Shown: one piece after another, positions 8,125 through 17,074 of the stretch
Numbering within the stretch: position 1 is the first letter of the stretch
Layout: each line of letters opens with the position of its first letter
Assembly: GCA_944372515.1 (NCBI GenBank)
Contig: CALVZM010000046.1
Coordinates: 18,453-50,452 of the forward strand
Direction: 5' to 3'
From: an uncultured Clostridia bacterium
Lineage (GTDB): Bacteria; Bacillota; Clostridia; Christensenellales; Borkfalkiaceae
Length of the DNA: 32,000 nt
Position numbers and translations under genes: made by a program
The notes under the pieces: model-generated
What the model was told of the DNA's origin: nothing
The model's input: only the letters and a program-made list of their open reading frames with translations
Database searches by the model: none

Positions 8125-9892
8125 AAAGAACGACAAAAAAGGATGGAAAGGGAAGAAGGTAAAGAAGGGCACCATGTCCGCGATCCTGCGCTATATCCTG
8201 CGGTATTGGTATTACCTTGCCGCCACGGTGCTGCTCGCCGCCGTTACCGTGGTGCTCACGCTGTACGTTCCCGTGCTCGTGGGGGATGCCGTCGACTGCA
8301 TCGTGGGGAAGGGCGCGGTGGATTTTGCCGCCCTGGCAAAAATTTTGCGGAACATTGCCGTCTGCGTGGGCGGGACCTTTCTCTCCCAATGGCTGATGAG
8401 CCTTTCCAACAACCGCATCACCTATAACGTCGTGCGGGACATCCGCGCGCAGGCGATCCGGAAAATACAGGTTTTGCCCCTCTCTTACATCGACAACCGC
8501 CCTTACGGCGAGGTCGTGAACAACGTCGTTTCGGACGTCGAACAGTTTGCCGACGGGCTGCTCCTCGGTTTTACGCAACTTTTTACGGGCGTCGCCACCA
8601 TTCTCGGCACGCTGGTCATGATGTTCCTGCTCCATTGGCAACTTGCGCTCGTGGTGCTGTGCGTAACGCCGCTCTCCGTCTTTATGGCAAAATTCATCTC
8701 GGGGCATACCTATTCCATGTTCCGCGCGCAGTCCGAAGTGCGGGGCGAACAGACGGCGTTCATCGATGAGATGCTCGGCGCTCTGCCGACCGTGCAGGCA
8801 TATTCCCACGAGGACGAAAATCTCGAAAAATTCGACGAGATCAACGGCAGACTGTCCAAGGCTTCGCTCAGCGCCATTTTCTATTCCTCGCTGACCAATC
8901 CCGGCACCCGCTTCATCAACGCCGTCGTATACGCCCTTTTGGCGCTCTTCGGCGCGTTTACCGTCATTTCTACGGGCGGCGCCTTTTCCGTCGGCACGCT
9001 CACCAAATTCCTGGCGTATTCCAATCAGTACACCAAGCCTTTCAACGAGATCACCGAGGTCATCACCGAATTTCAGAATGCACTCGCCTGCGCTTCCCGC
9101 GTCTTTGAACTGCTCTCGGAAGCGGAGGAGAAGAGCGACGCGGGCAATGTTGAGTTGGGGCACGCGGAGGGGAACATTTCCCTGCAAGACGTCAGTTTTT
9201 CCTATACGCCCGACAAGAAACTCATCGAGGGGCTGAATCTGAACGTCGTCAAGGGCAAGCGGGTGGCGATCGTCGGACCCACGGGGTGCGGCAAGACGAC
9301 GCTCATCAATCTTCTGATGCGTTTTTACGACGTTTGCGGGGGCGCGATCTGTGTGGAAGGGCGGGACGTCCGCGCGCTGACGCGGCATTCCCTGCGCAAA
9401 AATTACGGCATGGTCTTGCAGGAGACCTGGCTCAAAAGCGGCACGATCCGCGAAAATCTCTGCATGGGCATGCCCGAAGCGGGCGAGGAAGAGATGATCG
9501 CCGCGGCAAAGGCGGCAAAGGCGCACGGGTTCATCTCCCGCCTGCCGCAGGGGTATGACACCTGCATCGGCGAGGACGGCGGCTCCCTTTCACAGGGGCA
9601 AAAGCAACTTTTGTGCATCGCGCGCATCATGCTCCTTCTGCCGCCCATGCTCATCCTCGACGAGGCGACGAGTTCCATCGACACGCGCACCGAGTTGAAG
9701 ATCCAGGACGCCTTTGCCGCGCTCATGCAGGGCAGGACGAGTTTCATCGTGGCGCACCGCCTTTCGACGATCAAGAACGCCGACGTCATTCTGGTCATGA
9801 AGAGCGGTTCCATCGTCGAGCAGGGCACGCACGAAGAACTGCTGAAAGCCAAGGGCTTCTATGCCGAACTCTACAACAGTCAATTCCGCTGA
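8117..9892 (+). CDS. ABC exporter, fused permease/ATPase subunit B (canonical Walker B, deviant signature)
   Basis: AAGGAGG SD at 8104-8110 and ATG at 8117 overlap the subunit A stop (ATGCCTGA). Walker A GPTGCGKTT, signature LSQGQ (9587-9601), Walker B LILDEATS (Glu at 9662-9664). Confidence 0.9.
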   Translation: MPEKNDKKGWKGKKVKKGTMSAILRYILRYWYYLAATVLLAAVTVVLTLYVPVLVGDAVDCIVGKGAVDFAALAKILRNIAVCVGGTFLSQWLMSLSNNRITYNVVRDIRAQAIRKIQVLPLSYIDNRPYGEVVNNVVSDVEQFADGLLLGFTQLFTGVATILGTLVMMFLLHWQLALVVLCVTPLSVFMAKFISGHTYSMFRAQSEVRGEQTAFIDEMLGALPTVQAYSHEDENLEKFDEINGRLSKASLSAIFYSSLTNPGTRFINAVVYALLALFGAFTVISTGGAFSVGTLTKFLAYSNQYTKPFNEITEVITEFQNALACASRVFELLSEAEEKSDAGNVELGHAEGNISLQDVSFSYTPDKKLIEGLNLNVVKGKRVAIVGPTGCGKTTLINLLMRFYDVCGGAICVEGRDVRALTRHSLRKNYGMVLQETWLKSGTIRENLCMGMPEAGEEEMIAAAKAAKAHGFISRLPQGYDTCIGEDGGSLSQGQKQLLCIARIMLLLPPMLILDEATSSIDTRTELKIQDAFAALMQGRTSFIVAHRLSTIKNADVILVMKSGSIVEQGTHEELLKAKGFYAELYNSQFR

Positions 9893-9947
9893 GCCGTCCG
9901 CCGCGTGCGGCGCTTTCGCATCGGGAAGAGAACGGGAGGGAAAAGAG

Positions 9948-10349
9948 ATGAGCGACGTGGTGGCGGCGCTCATCGTCGAACAGGGAAAACTGCTCATCTG
10001 CCGCCGGCCGCCGCACAAGGCGCGCGGCGGGCTTTGGGAATTTGCGGGCGGCAAGGTCGAGGCGGGCGAGGACAAACGGACGGCGCTCTGCCGCGAATGC
10101 CGCGAGGAGTTGGGGATAGAGATTGCCGTTGGTTCCCCTTTTGCCGAGGTTACGCATGCCTATCCCGACCTCACGCTGCACCTGACCTTTTTTTGGGCGA
10201 AGATCGCCGCGGGCACGCCCTGCAAGCGGGAGCACACCGAACTTCGCCTGGTTTCACCGTCGGAGTTCGACGGCTATGCGTTCTGTCCCGCCGATCGGGA
10301 TATTCTTGAAAAACTCAAAACCGCCGCACCGTTTTTACGCAAAGAATAA
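9948..10349 (+). CDS. NUDIX hydrolase, MutT/8-oxo-dGTP diphosphatase-like
   Basis: Nudix box GGKVEAGEDKRTALCRECREELGIE. Start at MSDVV (9948) inside ORF 9861..10349. Confidence 0.85.
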   Translation: MSDVVAALIVEQGKLLICRRPPHKARGGLWEFAGGKVEAGEDKRTALCRECREELGIEIAVGSPFAEVTHAYPDLTLHLTFFWAKIAAGTPCKREHTELRLVSPSEFDGYAFCPADRDILEKLKTAAPFLRKE

Positions 10350-10368
10350 CACACAGGAGAGGCATACC

Positions 10369-10989
10369 ATGACCGAAAAGAAGAGCATGGAAGAAAAACT
10401 TTTTCACGAACGCGAAGCCGCGCGGGCGGGGTACCGTTTCATTGCGGGCGTGGACGAAGTGGGCAGGGGACCGCTGGCGGGACCCGTGGTGGCGGCGGCG
10501 GTCATTCTGCCGCTCGAAGCGGAAAGGCTCATCGAAGGCATCGACGACAGCAAGAAACTTTCCCCCGCCGCGCGGGAACGGCTGGCGGGGCTCATCCGCG
10601 AACGCGCCGTCGCCTATTCGATTGCGCAGGTGGATGCGAAGACCATCGACGAGATAAACATCTTGCAGGCGACCCGTCTCTGCATGAAAAAAGCCATTGC
10701 GTCTTTGTCCGTCAACGCGGACATGGTGCTCACGGATGGCAACATGACGCTGGATATTTCCCTGCCGCAGAAATCCATCGTGCACGGGGACGCGCTGTCC
10801 TATTCGATCGGCGCGGCGAGCATTCTTGCCAAAGTGTACCGGGATGCGCTCATGGACGGATATGCGCGGGAATATCCCGGATACGGCTTTGAAAAAAACA
10901 AGGGCTACGGCACGGCGGCGCACATCGCCGCCATACGGGAGAACGGATTATGCGCGATACACCGCAGGACCTTTACAAAAAAATTTTAG
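10369..10989 (+). CDS. rnhB: ribonuclease HII
   Basis: GVDEVGRGPLAGPVVAAAV catalytic motif and DSKKL. AGGAGAGG SD lies before the ATG at 10369. Confidence 0.9.
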   Translation: MTEKKSMEEKLFHEREAARAGYRFIAGVDEVGRGPLAGPVVAAAVILPLEAERLIEGIDDSKKLSPAARERLAGLIRERAVAYSIAQVDAKTIDEINILQATRLCMKKAIASLSVNADMVLTDGNMTLDISLPQKSIVHGDALSYSIGAASILAKVYRDALMDGYAREYPGYGFEKNKGYGTAAHIAAIRENGLCAIHRRTFTKKF

Positions 10990-11312
10990 GCGGCGCGGGC
11001 GAGCGGCGGGCGGCAAAGTTTCTGGAATCGCAGGGTTGCCGCATCCTCAGACGCAATTACAAGACGCCCTTCGGCGAAGCGGACATCGTGGCGCGGGACG
11101 GGGACGACATCGTCTTTGCCGAGGTCAAGACCCGCACGTGCGACGCCTTCGACACGCCCGCCGCGGCGGTCGATCGGCGCAAGCAGAGGCGCTATGCGGA
11201 CATCGCGCGCTACTTTCTCTCCTGCGTCCAAACGGAGTGCGCCGTCCGTTTCGATGTGCTGGAAGTAACGAAAGAGGGCGTGGAATGGCTGAAAAATGCC
11301 TTTGAATGCTGA
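10950..11312 (+). CDS. yraN: YraN family endonuclease-like protein (UPF0102)
   Basis: GERRAAKFLESQGCRILRRNYKTPFGEADIV...FAEVKTR motif pattern. The ATG at 10950 overlaps the rnhB 3' end by 40 nt, so the exact start is uncertain. Confidence 0.8.
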   Translation: MRDTPQDLYKKILGGAGERRAAKFLESQGCRILRRNYKTPFGEADIVARDGDDIVFAEVKTRTCDAFDTPAAAVDRRKQRRYADIARYFLSCVQTECAVRFDVLEVTKEGVEWLKNAFEC

Positions 11313-11341
11313 AAAAAATTGTCCAAAGCATGCAAAAAGGC

Positions 11342-11370
11342 TTGCAAAAGAAGAAAAAATATACTATAAT
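11342..11370 (+). promoter_or_regulatory. promoter TTGCAA-17-TATAAT for rplS, followed by a ~100-nt leader
   Basis: TTGCAA 11342-11347, TATAAT 11365-11370. The leader (11371-11469) contains several short GC stems. Confidence 0.65.
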
Positions 11371-11469
11371 GGATTCCGACTTCGGATATTCCACTGCCTT
11401 TCAGGGCGGGCGCGGCAGGCGTCCGCAGCGGGTCATGAATATTGCGTAATAATGGAGGTATGAGTCAGA

Positions 11470-11814
11470 ATGAAAGGATTGATCGAAGCCATCGAGGCAG
11501 AGAGCGTCAAGGCGGAAGTGCCTGCATTCAACGTCGGCGATACGGTATCCGTCGGATACAGGATCATCGAAGGCGATAAGGAAAGGGTGCAGAATTTCGA
11601 CGGCGTGGTCATTGCCAAAAAGAAGAACGGTTTCCGCTCCACCTTCACCGTCAGACACATGTCTTACGGCGTGGGCGTGGAAAGAACCTTCCCGCTCCAT
11701 TCCCCCCGCATCGCGGATATCAAGGTCATCCGCAAGGGTAAGGTAAGAAGGGCAAAACTTTACTATCTGCGCGCTTTGACGGGTAAGGCCGCCAAGGTCA
11801 AAGAGGTAAAGTAA
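11470..11814 (+). CDS. rplS: 50S ribosomal protein L19
   Basis: [43 protein letters not shown] is a typical L19 sequence. GGAGGT SD is present. Confidence 0.95.
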   Translation: MKGLIEAIEAESVKAEVPAFNVGDTVSVGYRIIEGDKERVQNFDGVVIAKKKNGFRSTFTVRHMSYGVGVERTFPLHSPRIADIKVIRKGKVRRAKLYYLRALTGKAAKVKEVK

Positions 11815-11861
11815 AATCCCCAAGGGGCTCTTCTCGGTAAAAAGACAGAACGACAGGAAGA

Positions 11862-11907
11862 AACGGTTTGCCGAAAGTCAACGGCGGACCGTTTTTTCGC
11901 TTTTTTT
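11862..11907 (+). terminator. rho-independent terminator after rplS
   Basis: AACGGTTTGCCG (11862-11873) pairs with CGGCGGACCGTT (11882-11893), including two G-U pairs. Followed by TTTTTCGCTTTTTTT. Confidence 0.75.
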
Positions 11908-11949
11908 CCCGCGCGGCGAAAATTTTAACGTTTGTCGGGTATAAAACCG

Positions 11950-11978
11950 TTTACTTTTTCGGCGTATTCATGTACAAT
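11950..11978 (+). promoter_or_regulatory. promoter TTTACT-17-TACAAT for the GT-C membrane protein gene
   Basis: TTTACT 11950-11955, TACAAT 11973-11978. The ~125-nt 5' UTR contains a long hairpin (12024-12069). Confidence 0.45.
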
Positions 11979-12109
11979 GACAGTTGTGTGCGGATCTGTT
12001 TTTCACTTCTCCCCGCGGGAAGAGGCAAAAACGACCCGTCCGTTCCCCGGGGGAAAGAGCGTTTTTGCCCCGACAGAAAATTTCTTCATCGCCCGAAGGG
12101 GGGCTTGTG

Positions 12110-14218
12110 ATGCAGACAGACAAAAATTACAGACAATATAATATGTCGGGAAAAAACAGGCGCTCTTTGCGCGAACGCCTGGCGTCGCTCTCCGTCTTTT
12201 CCCGTATTTTTGCGGTCCTTTCCCTCGCGTTGCTCGTCTTCGGGCTCTGCACGGTCGGCGCGTTCAACGGCACGGGGCGGAGCGTATCGGTGGCGCCCTC
12301 CGGGCGGGATATCAGTTTTGCCTATGTCCTGTCCTATGAAGAGGGGCAGTCCCTCGCGGCGATCTATGTCAACGTCGGCGCGGTGTATGCCGATACGGGC
12401 GCGGAAAGGGCAAAGGACACCATGCAGGTGCGCGCGCGGTATTACACCGATTCCGGCTGGAACGGCTCTTTCGGTTCCACGGTATACATTGCCGACATCT
12501 ATGCCGAGGAGGACTCCTCCGCCTATAAGAGCAACGCCAACTATAATTGGGTCGCCCTGGCGGAGGGCAGGACGGTAACGAGCGAGCGGGTGCGCATCAA
12601 CGTCTTGGCGGCGGGTTGCGCGGGCGTCGTCAACGAAGTGGCGTTCGTCGACGCCGCGGGCAGGACGATCGCCGCCCGCGCCGACGAGGCGTATTGCGAC
12701 GGCGTTACCCGCGAAGAGGTGATGCGGACGCTGGACGCGCAGGGCTCTTTTTCTCCGTCCGCGTCCTACCGCCGTCATTTTTCCTATGCCGAGGAATACA
12801 TCCTGCAATCCGTGCACGGCATCGAGTTGGGCGGGGAAGCGAACACCGAAAACGTATATGTGATTTCTTCCGATTACAACGCATTCGGCATCCTCATCCA
12901 CGCGCTGTCCGTGTGGATATTCGGCAAATCGACCTTCGGGCTGCGTCTGCCCTCCCTGCTTGCCGCGTTCGGGCTGTTCGTTTTGTGCTTTCTTCTGGGC
13001 AGGCGGCTTTTCCGCAGCGATAAATGGGGCTTGGCGCTCGCCGCCCTCTTTGTGCTCGGCGGCGGCTTTTTCGGGCTGGGGCTGACGGGTACACCGCAGG
13101 CGGCGGGGCTCTTTTTCGCCGTGCTGGGCATATATTTCATGTATCGGTTCTTCTCGGAAGGCGTCGGGGACGAGCACCCCGTCGTCGGAGCGCTGCCCGT
13201 ACTGTTCTCCGCGTTCTCCTCGGCGGCGGCGTTTGCCGTTTCGCCGTTGACGGGACTGCCGGCGCTGGTTTCGCTCCTGCTCTTCGTGTGCGGGCTGCTG
13301 CGGCTGTATCATCACCGCGCTTATCTGATCGGCAAAGCCGCGCAGGGCGGCGCCCCGTCGGTTTCGCCCGACGCGGCGGAAGAAAAGGCGGAAGGAAAGG
13401 GCGGACAAACCGCCGAAGGGCCGGGGGAGAACGCTTCGGATGCGGCGATCGCCCGCATCAACGGGGCATATCTGCGGAAACTGCGCATTTGCGCGGGCTG
13501 GCTGGGTTGCGGCGTGGCGTTTGCCGTGCTGCTGCTCGTGCTCGCCGCCGTGCCCGTCTATTCCTCTTTTGTGCGTTTTTACGGCGAGGGGAGTTTCTTT
13601 GATATGATCGGCAGAGGGATTGCGGCGTGTTTCTCGGTCGGGGACGTAACGCCGTTCACGGCGGCGGACGCGGCAACGCCCTGGGGCTGGTTCATCGCCC
13701 TGCGCGCCGCACGGCTCTATGCGAGTGCGGACGGCGCGGCGCAGGCGTTTTTCCTGCCCGATTTTTTGGCGGCGTATCTGGCGGCGGCGGCGTTTTTGTT
13801 CTGTTCGGCATATCTGCTTTTTGCCGCGCCGCGGCATCGCGGCGAAAAGGGTTACAGGCGGATATTGCGCGCCTACACGGGACTGTCCGTCGGCATGCTG
13901 ACGGGGCTTTTGCCCTGGCTCTTTTCCGCGTCGGTCCCCGCGGAGCGGAGCGCGCCCTTCTGGCTGTTCTATCTGGGATTCATCGTGCTGGCGCTCTGCA
14001 TTATAGGTGCGAAACAGGAAACGGCAAAGAGGGACGGTCCTGGCATGAAGCGCGCGAAAGCCGGCGCCGCAGACGTCGTCTGCATCGTGATTTTGTCCGC
14101 GTTGTTTGTCCTGTTTGTTTTGGGCATGCCTGCCGTCTTCGGCTGGGAGATCGGTGCGAAAGCGGCGGCGGTCATGTTCGGCTGGCAGCCGCCCGTGGCT
14201 TGGCTGCCCGTCGTCTGA
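12110..14218 (+). CDS. polytopic GT-C fold glycosyltransferase, PMT/ArnT (GT39-like) family, with inserted N-terminal extracytoplasmic domain
   Basis: WIFGKSTFGLRLPSLLAAFGLFVLCFLLGRRLF resembles the PMT/ArnT loop-TM motif, preceded by YAEEYILQS (DE-motif position). Many TM segments. Start at MQTDK (12110), after a GAAGGGGGG SD. Confidence 0.7.
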   Translation: MQTDKNYRQYNMSGKNRRSLRERLASLSVFSRIFAVLSLALLVFGLCTVGAFNGTGRSVSVAPSGRDISFAYVLSYEEGQSLAAIYVNVGAVYADTGAERAKDTMQVRARYYTDSGWNGSFGSTVYIADIYAEEDSSAYKSNANYNWVALAEGRTVTSERVRINVLAAGCAGVVNEVAFVDAAGRTIAARADEAYCDGVTREEVMRTLDAQGSFSPSASYRRHFSYAEEYILQSVHGIELGGEANTENVYVISSDYNAFGILIHALSVWIFGKSTFGLRLPSLLAAFGLFVLCFLLGRRLFRSDKWGLALAALFVLGGGFFGLGLTGTPQAAGLFFAVLGIYFMYRFFSEGVGDEHPVVGALPVLFSAFSSAAAFAVSPLTGLPALVSLLLFVCGLLRLYHHRAYLIGKAAQGGAPSVSPDAAEEKAEGKGGQTAEGPGENASDAAIARINGAYLRKLRICAGWLGCGVAFAVLLLVLAAVPVYSSFVRFYGEGSFFDMIGRGIAACFSVGDVTPFTAADAATPWGWFIALRAARLYASADGAAQAFFLPDFLAAYLAAAAFLFCSAYLLFAAPRHRGEKGYRRILRAYTGLSVGMLTGLLPWLFSASVPAERSAPFWLFYLGFIVLALCIIGAKQETAKRDGPGMKRAKAGAADVVCIVILSALFVLFVLGMPAVFGWEIGAKAAAVMFGWQPPVAWLPVV

Positions 14219-14290
14219 TATAAGGCTGTCAGGCGCCGCCTTTTCGGCGCGGGCGCATCGGGTGCGGGAATCGATACGGAGGGGAAAAAT

Positions 14291-15823
14291 ATGATAGCGA
14301 GTGTATTTTCGTTCGCGCTCAACGGGCTGGAAGGCATACCCGTTACCGTGGAGGCGGACATCAACAAGGGACTGCCGTCCTATGAATTGGTCGGGCTGCC
14401 CGACGCGGCGGTCAAGGAATCGCGCGAGCGCGTGCGTTCGGCGATCAAAAACAGCGGCTATGCCTTCCCCGTGCACAAGATCACCGTCAATCTTGCGCCC
14501 GCCGAGTTGCGCAAGGAAGGGACGGCGTTCGACCTGGCGGTGGCGCTCTGTCTGCTGAAAGCATCCGAACAACTCGTGTCCGCGCGGACGGACGGGTGCG
14601 TGTTTTTGGGCGAGTTGGGGCTGAACGGCGATCTGCGCCCCCTCAACGGCATTCTTCCCATGCTCATTTCGGCGCGGGACCGCGGCTTCACCCGCTTCGT
14701 CGTCCCCGCCGCCAACGCGCGCGAGGCGCAGTATATTGCGGGCATCGAAGTGTTCGCGGCGAACGATCTCAAAGAAACGGTGGCGCACCTGACGGGTGAA
14801 AAGCCTTTGCCCGCCGTGCCCGTCCGCGTCTTTTCCGCGGCGCGGCGGGAGGAAGGGGAGGACCCTTACGATCTGAAATACGTGCGCGGGCAGGCGGTGG
14901 CGCGCCGCGCCCTCGAAGTGGCGGTCAGCGGGGGGCACAACCTGCTGCTGGTCGGACCACCCGGCACGGGCAAGACCATGCTGGCGCGCGCCATCCCTTC
15001 GATCATGCCCGATCTCACTTTCGACGAAGCTTTGGAGATCACGAAGATCCATTCGGTGGCGGGGGAAGTGGGCGCCGAGGGTATTGCGACCCGCCGTCCC
15101 TTCCGCACGCCTCACCATACGGCGACGACGGTGTCCATGTGCGGCGGCGGTTCGCACGGCGTGCGCCCGGGGGAGATCAGCCTTGCACACGGCGGCGTTC
15201 TCTTCCTCGACGAATTGCCCGAATACCGCCGTTCCACGCTCGAAGCGCTGCGCCAGCCCCTCGAAGACGGGGTCATCACGGTGTCCCGCGCCGCAGGGAG
15301 CGTTACTTATCCCGCGGCGTTCATGCTTTGTGCGGGGATGAATCCCTGCCCCTGCGGCAATTTCGGTTCGGCGACCAGACCCTGCACCTGCACGCCGGCG
15401 CAGATCCGCCGCTATCGCAGCCGCATCTCCGGTCCTCTTCTCGACCGCATCGATTTGCAGGTGGAAGTGGACGGCGTGGGCTATGACGACCTTGCGGGCG
15501 GCAGGGAAGAGGAGAGCAGCGCCGCCGTGCGCGAGCGGGTCAACCGCGCGCGCAAGATCCAGCGGGAACGCTTCCGCGGTCTTTCCGTCCGCACCAACAG
15601 CGGCATGCGCGAAGCCGAACTGCGCAAGTTCTGCCGTTTGAGCGCGGCATGCGACGACGTTCTGCGCGCGGCGTTTGAAAAGTTTTCCCTTTCGGCGCGT
15701 GCGCGGGCGCGCATCATCAAAGTGGCGCGGACGATCGCCGACCTCGATTGCAGCGAAGAGATCGAGCCCGCGCACCTCTTTGAAGCCGTTTCTTACAGAA
15801 CGTATGAAAAGGACGGGTCGTGA
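14291..15823 (+). CDS. comM: YifB/ComM family Mg-chelatase-like ATPase
   Basis: N-terminal Lon-protease-like domain (NGLEGIPVTVEADI), Walker A GPPGTGKT, Walker B LFLDELPE, C-terminal ChlI-like region. Confidence 0.9.
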   Translation: MIASVFSFALNGLEGIPVTVEADINKGLPSYELVGLPDAAVKESRERVRSAIKNSGYAFPVHKITVNLAPAELRKEGTAFDLAVALCLLKASEQLVSARTDGCVFLGELGLNGDLRPLNGILPMLISARDRGFTRFVVPAANAREAQYIAGIEVFAANDLKETVAHLTGEKPLPAVPVRVFSAARREEGEDPYDLKYVRGQAVARRALEVAVSGGHNLLLVGPPGTGKTMLARAIPSIMPDLTFDEALEITKIHSVAGEVGAEGIATRRPFRTPHHTATTVSMCGGGSHGVRPGEISLAHGGVLFLDELPEYRRSTLEALRQPLEDGVITVSRAAGSVTYPAAFMLCAGMNPCPCGNFGSATRPCTCTPAQIRRYRSRISGPLLDRIDLQVEVDGVGYDDLAGGREEESSAAVRERVNRARKIQRERFRGLSVRTNSGMREAELRKFCRLSAACDDVLRAAFEKFSLSARARARIIKVARTIADLDCSEEIEPAHLFEAVSYRTYEKDGS

Positions 15824-17052
15824 GGCTCGGGGAGCGGTTGGCGATGCAGGAAAAGAAATATCTGTATACGGCAGAAGAAAAATTCATCATCTGGCTGGAC
15901 GGATTTGAAGGACTGACCTATCGGCAGAAATCGGCGATTCTCTCCCGCTTTTCTTCCGCAAACGCCTTTGTCCGCGCCATGCGCGACGGGCGGGAAGAAC
16001 TGCTGCGCCTCGTGCCCGAAGAGATGCTTTGCCGCATGGCAGGCAGCCTGCAAGACGGGGAATATCTTCCGTCGCTCTTGTCAAAACTTACCAAAAAGGG
16101 CATCTTTTGCGTAACGCTGCGTTCGGCGGACTATCCCGCATCCCTGCGCGCCGTTCCGGCGCCGCCCCTGCTGCTCTATTGCAAGGGGGATAAAACGCTG
16201 CTGCGGGAGGATAAATTCGCAATTGTCGGTTCCCGCCGCACGCTTGCGTGGGCGCAGTCCCTCACGCGGGAATTTGCCGCCGGTCTTTCGGAGCATTTCG
16301 CCGTGGTAACGGGCATTGCGGAGGGCGGCGACATCTCCGCCGTCAAGGGCGCATTGGAGGGAAGAAAGTCCCGCGCGGAAGAGCGTGCGCGCCTCATCTG
16401 CGTGCTTGCCCACGGGATGGAATATGTCTATCCGTCGGCGCATACGGATATTTTGCGCGAGGTCGCCTCCTGCGGGCTGGTGCTCAGCGAACATCGTCCG
16501 GAAGTGGCGCCGCAGAAATTTCTCTTCCCGGTGCGCAACCGCATCATCGCGGGGCTTTCCCGCGGGGTGCTCGTGGTCAGCGGCGGACTGCGCAGCGGCA
16601 CGTCCATCACGGCGGGCTATGCCCTCGAATACGGCAGGGACGTGTTTGCCTTTCCCTACAATCCCGGCATCGCGTCGGGTGCGGGCTGCAACGCTCTTTT
16701 GAAGAGCGGCGCCGCGCCCGCGGACTGTTTGCAGGACATCTTTTCCTGGTATGGCTTTGAACAAAAGAAGGCGTCCATGCCCGCGTTGAGCGAGGAAGAG
16801 GAGAAGATCATGCGCCTGCTTGCATCGTGCGGCGAAGCGCACGTCGGAGAGATCTGCGCGCAGACGGGCATTCCCGTCTTTCGTGCGGGCGGGCTCCTTT
16901 CGGGGTTGGAGATCAAGGGCATGGTTGCCCGTGCGGGCGGCAACCGTTATGCCGCCGTCGGCTCCTTCCTTCCCGCCGCAGTAAAAGAAACGGAAACAAA
17001 CGAAAGCCAGGAGACGTCCGAAAGACAGGGCGTCCCGCGGCGAGCAAAATAA
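15820..17052 (+). CDS. dprA: DNA-processing protein DprA (Smf)
   Basis: Rossmann-like DprA core (IVGSRRTLAWAQ ... GIAEGGD ... FPVRNRIIAGLS ... SGTSITAGYALEYGRDVFAFP). The GTG at 15820 overlaps the comM stop (GTGA); an alternative ATG lies at 15844. Confidence 0.9.
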   Translation: MRLGERLAMQEKKYLYTAEEKFIIWLDGFEGLTYRQKSAILSRFSSANAFVRAMRDGREELLRLVPEEMLCRMAGSLQDGEYLPSLLSKLTKKGIFCVTLRSADYPASLRAVPAPPLLLYCKGDKTLLREDKFAIVGSRRTLAWAQSLTREFAAGLSEHFAVVTGIAEGGDISAVKGALEGRKSRAEERARLICVLAHGMEYVYPSAHTDILREVASCGLVLSEHRPEVAPQKFLFPVRNRIIAGLSRGVLVVSGGLRSGTSITAGYALEYGRDVFAFPYNPGIASGAGCNALLKSGAAPADCLQDIFSWYGFEQKKASMPALSEEEEKIMRLLASCGEAHVGEICAQTGIPVFRAGGLLSGLEIKGMVARAGGNRYAAVGSFLPAAVKETETNESQETSERQGVPRRAK

Positions 17053-17074
17053 AATTCAGGACAGGGTGAAAAAT

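Noticed and set aside
3791-9526. Long minus-strand ORFs 3791..5278 (495 aa), 5283..6293 (336 aa), 6394..8175 (593 aa) and 8102..9526 (474 aa).
   Set aside because: Same antisense-shadow effect, opposite fabK/fabZ, degV and the two ABC exporter genes. They have low-complexity Arg/His/Gly-rich products and no motifs.
12086-15775. A 1229-aa ORF on the minus strand, the longest ORF in the window.
   Set aside because: It is entirely antisense to two + strand genes with strong family signatures (the GT-C membrane protein and ComM). The product is an Arg/Gly/Ala/Pro-rich string with no recognisable motif, SD or promoter. In GC-rich genomes, sense codons rarely are TTA/CTA/TCA, so one antisense frame stays open.
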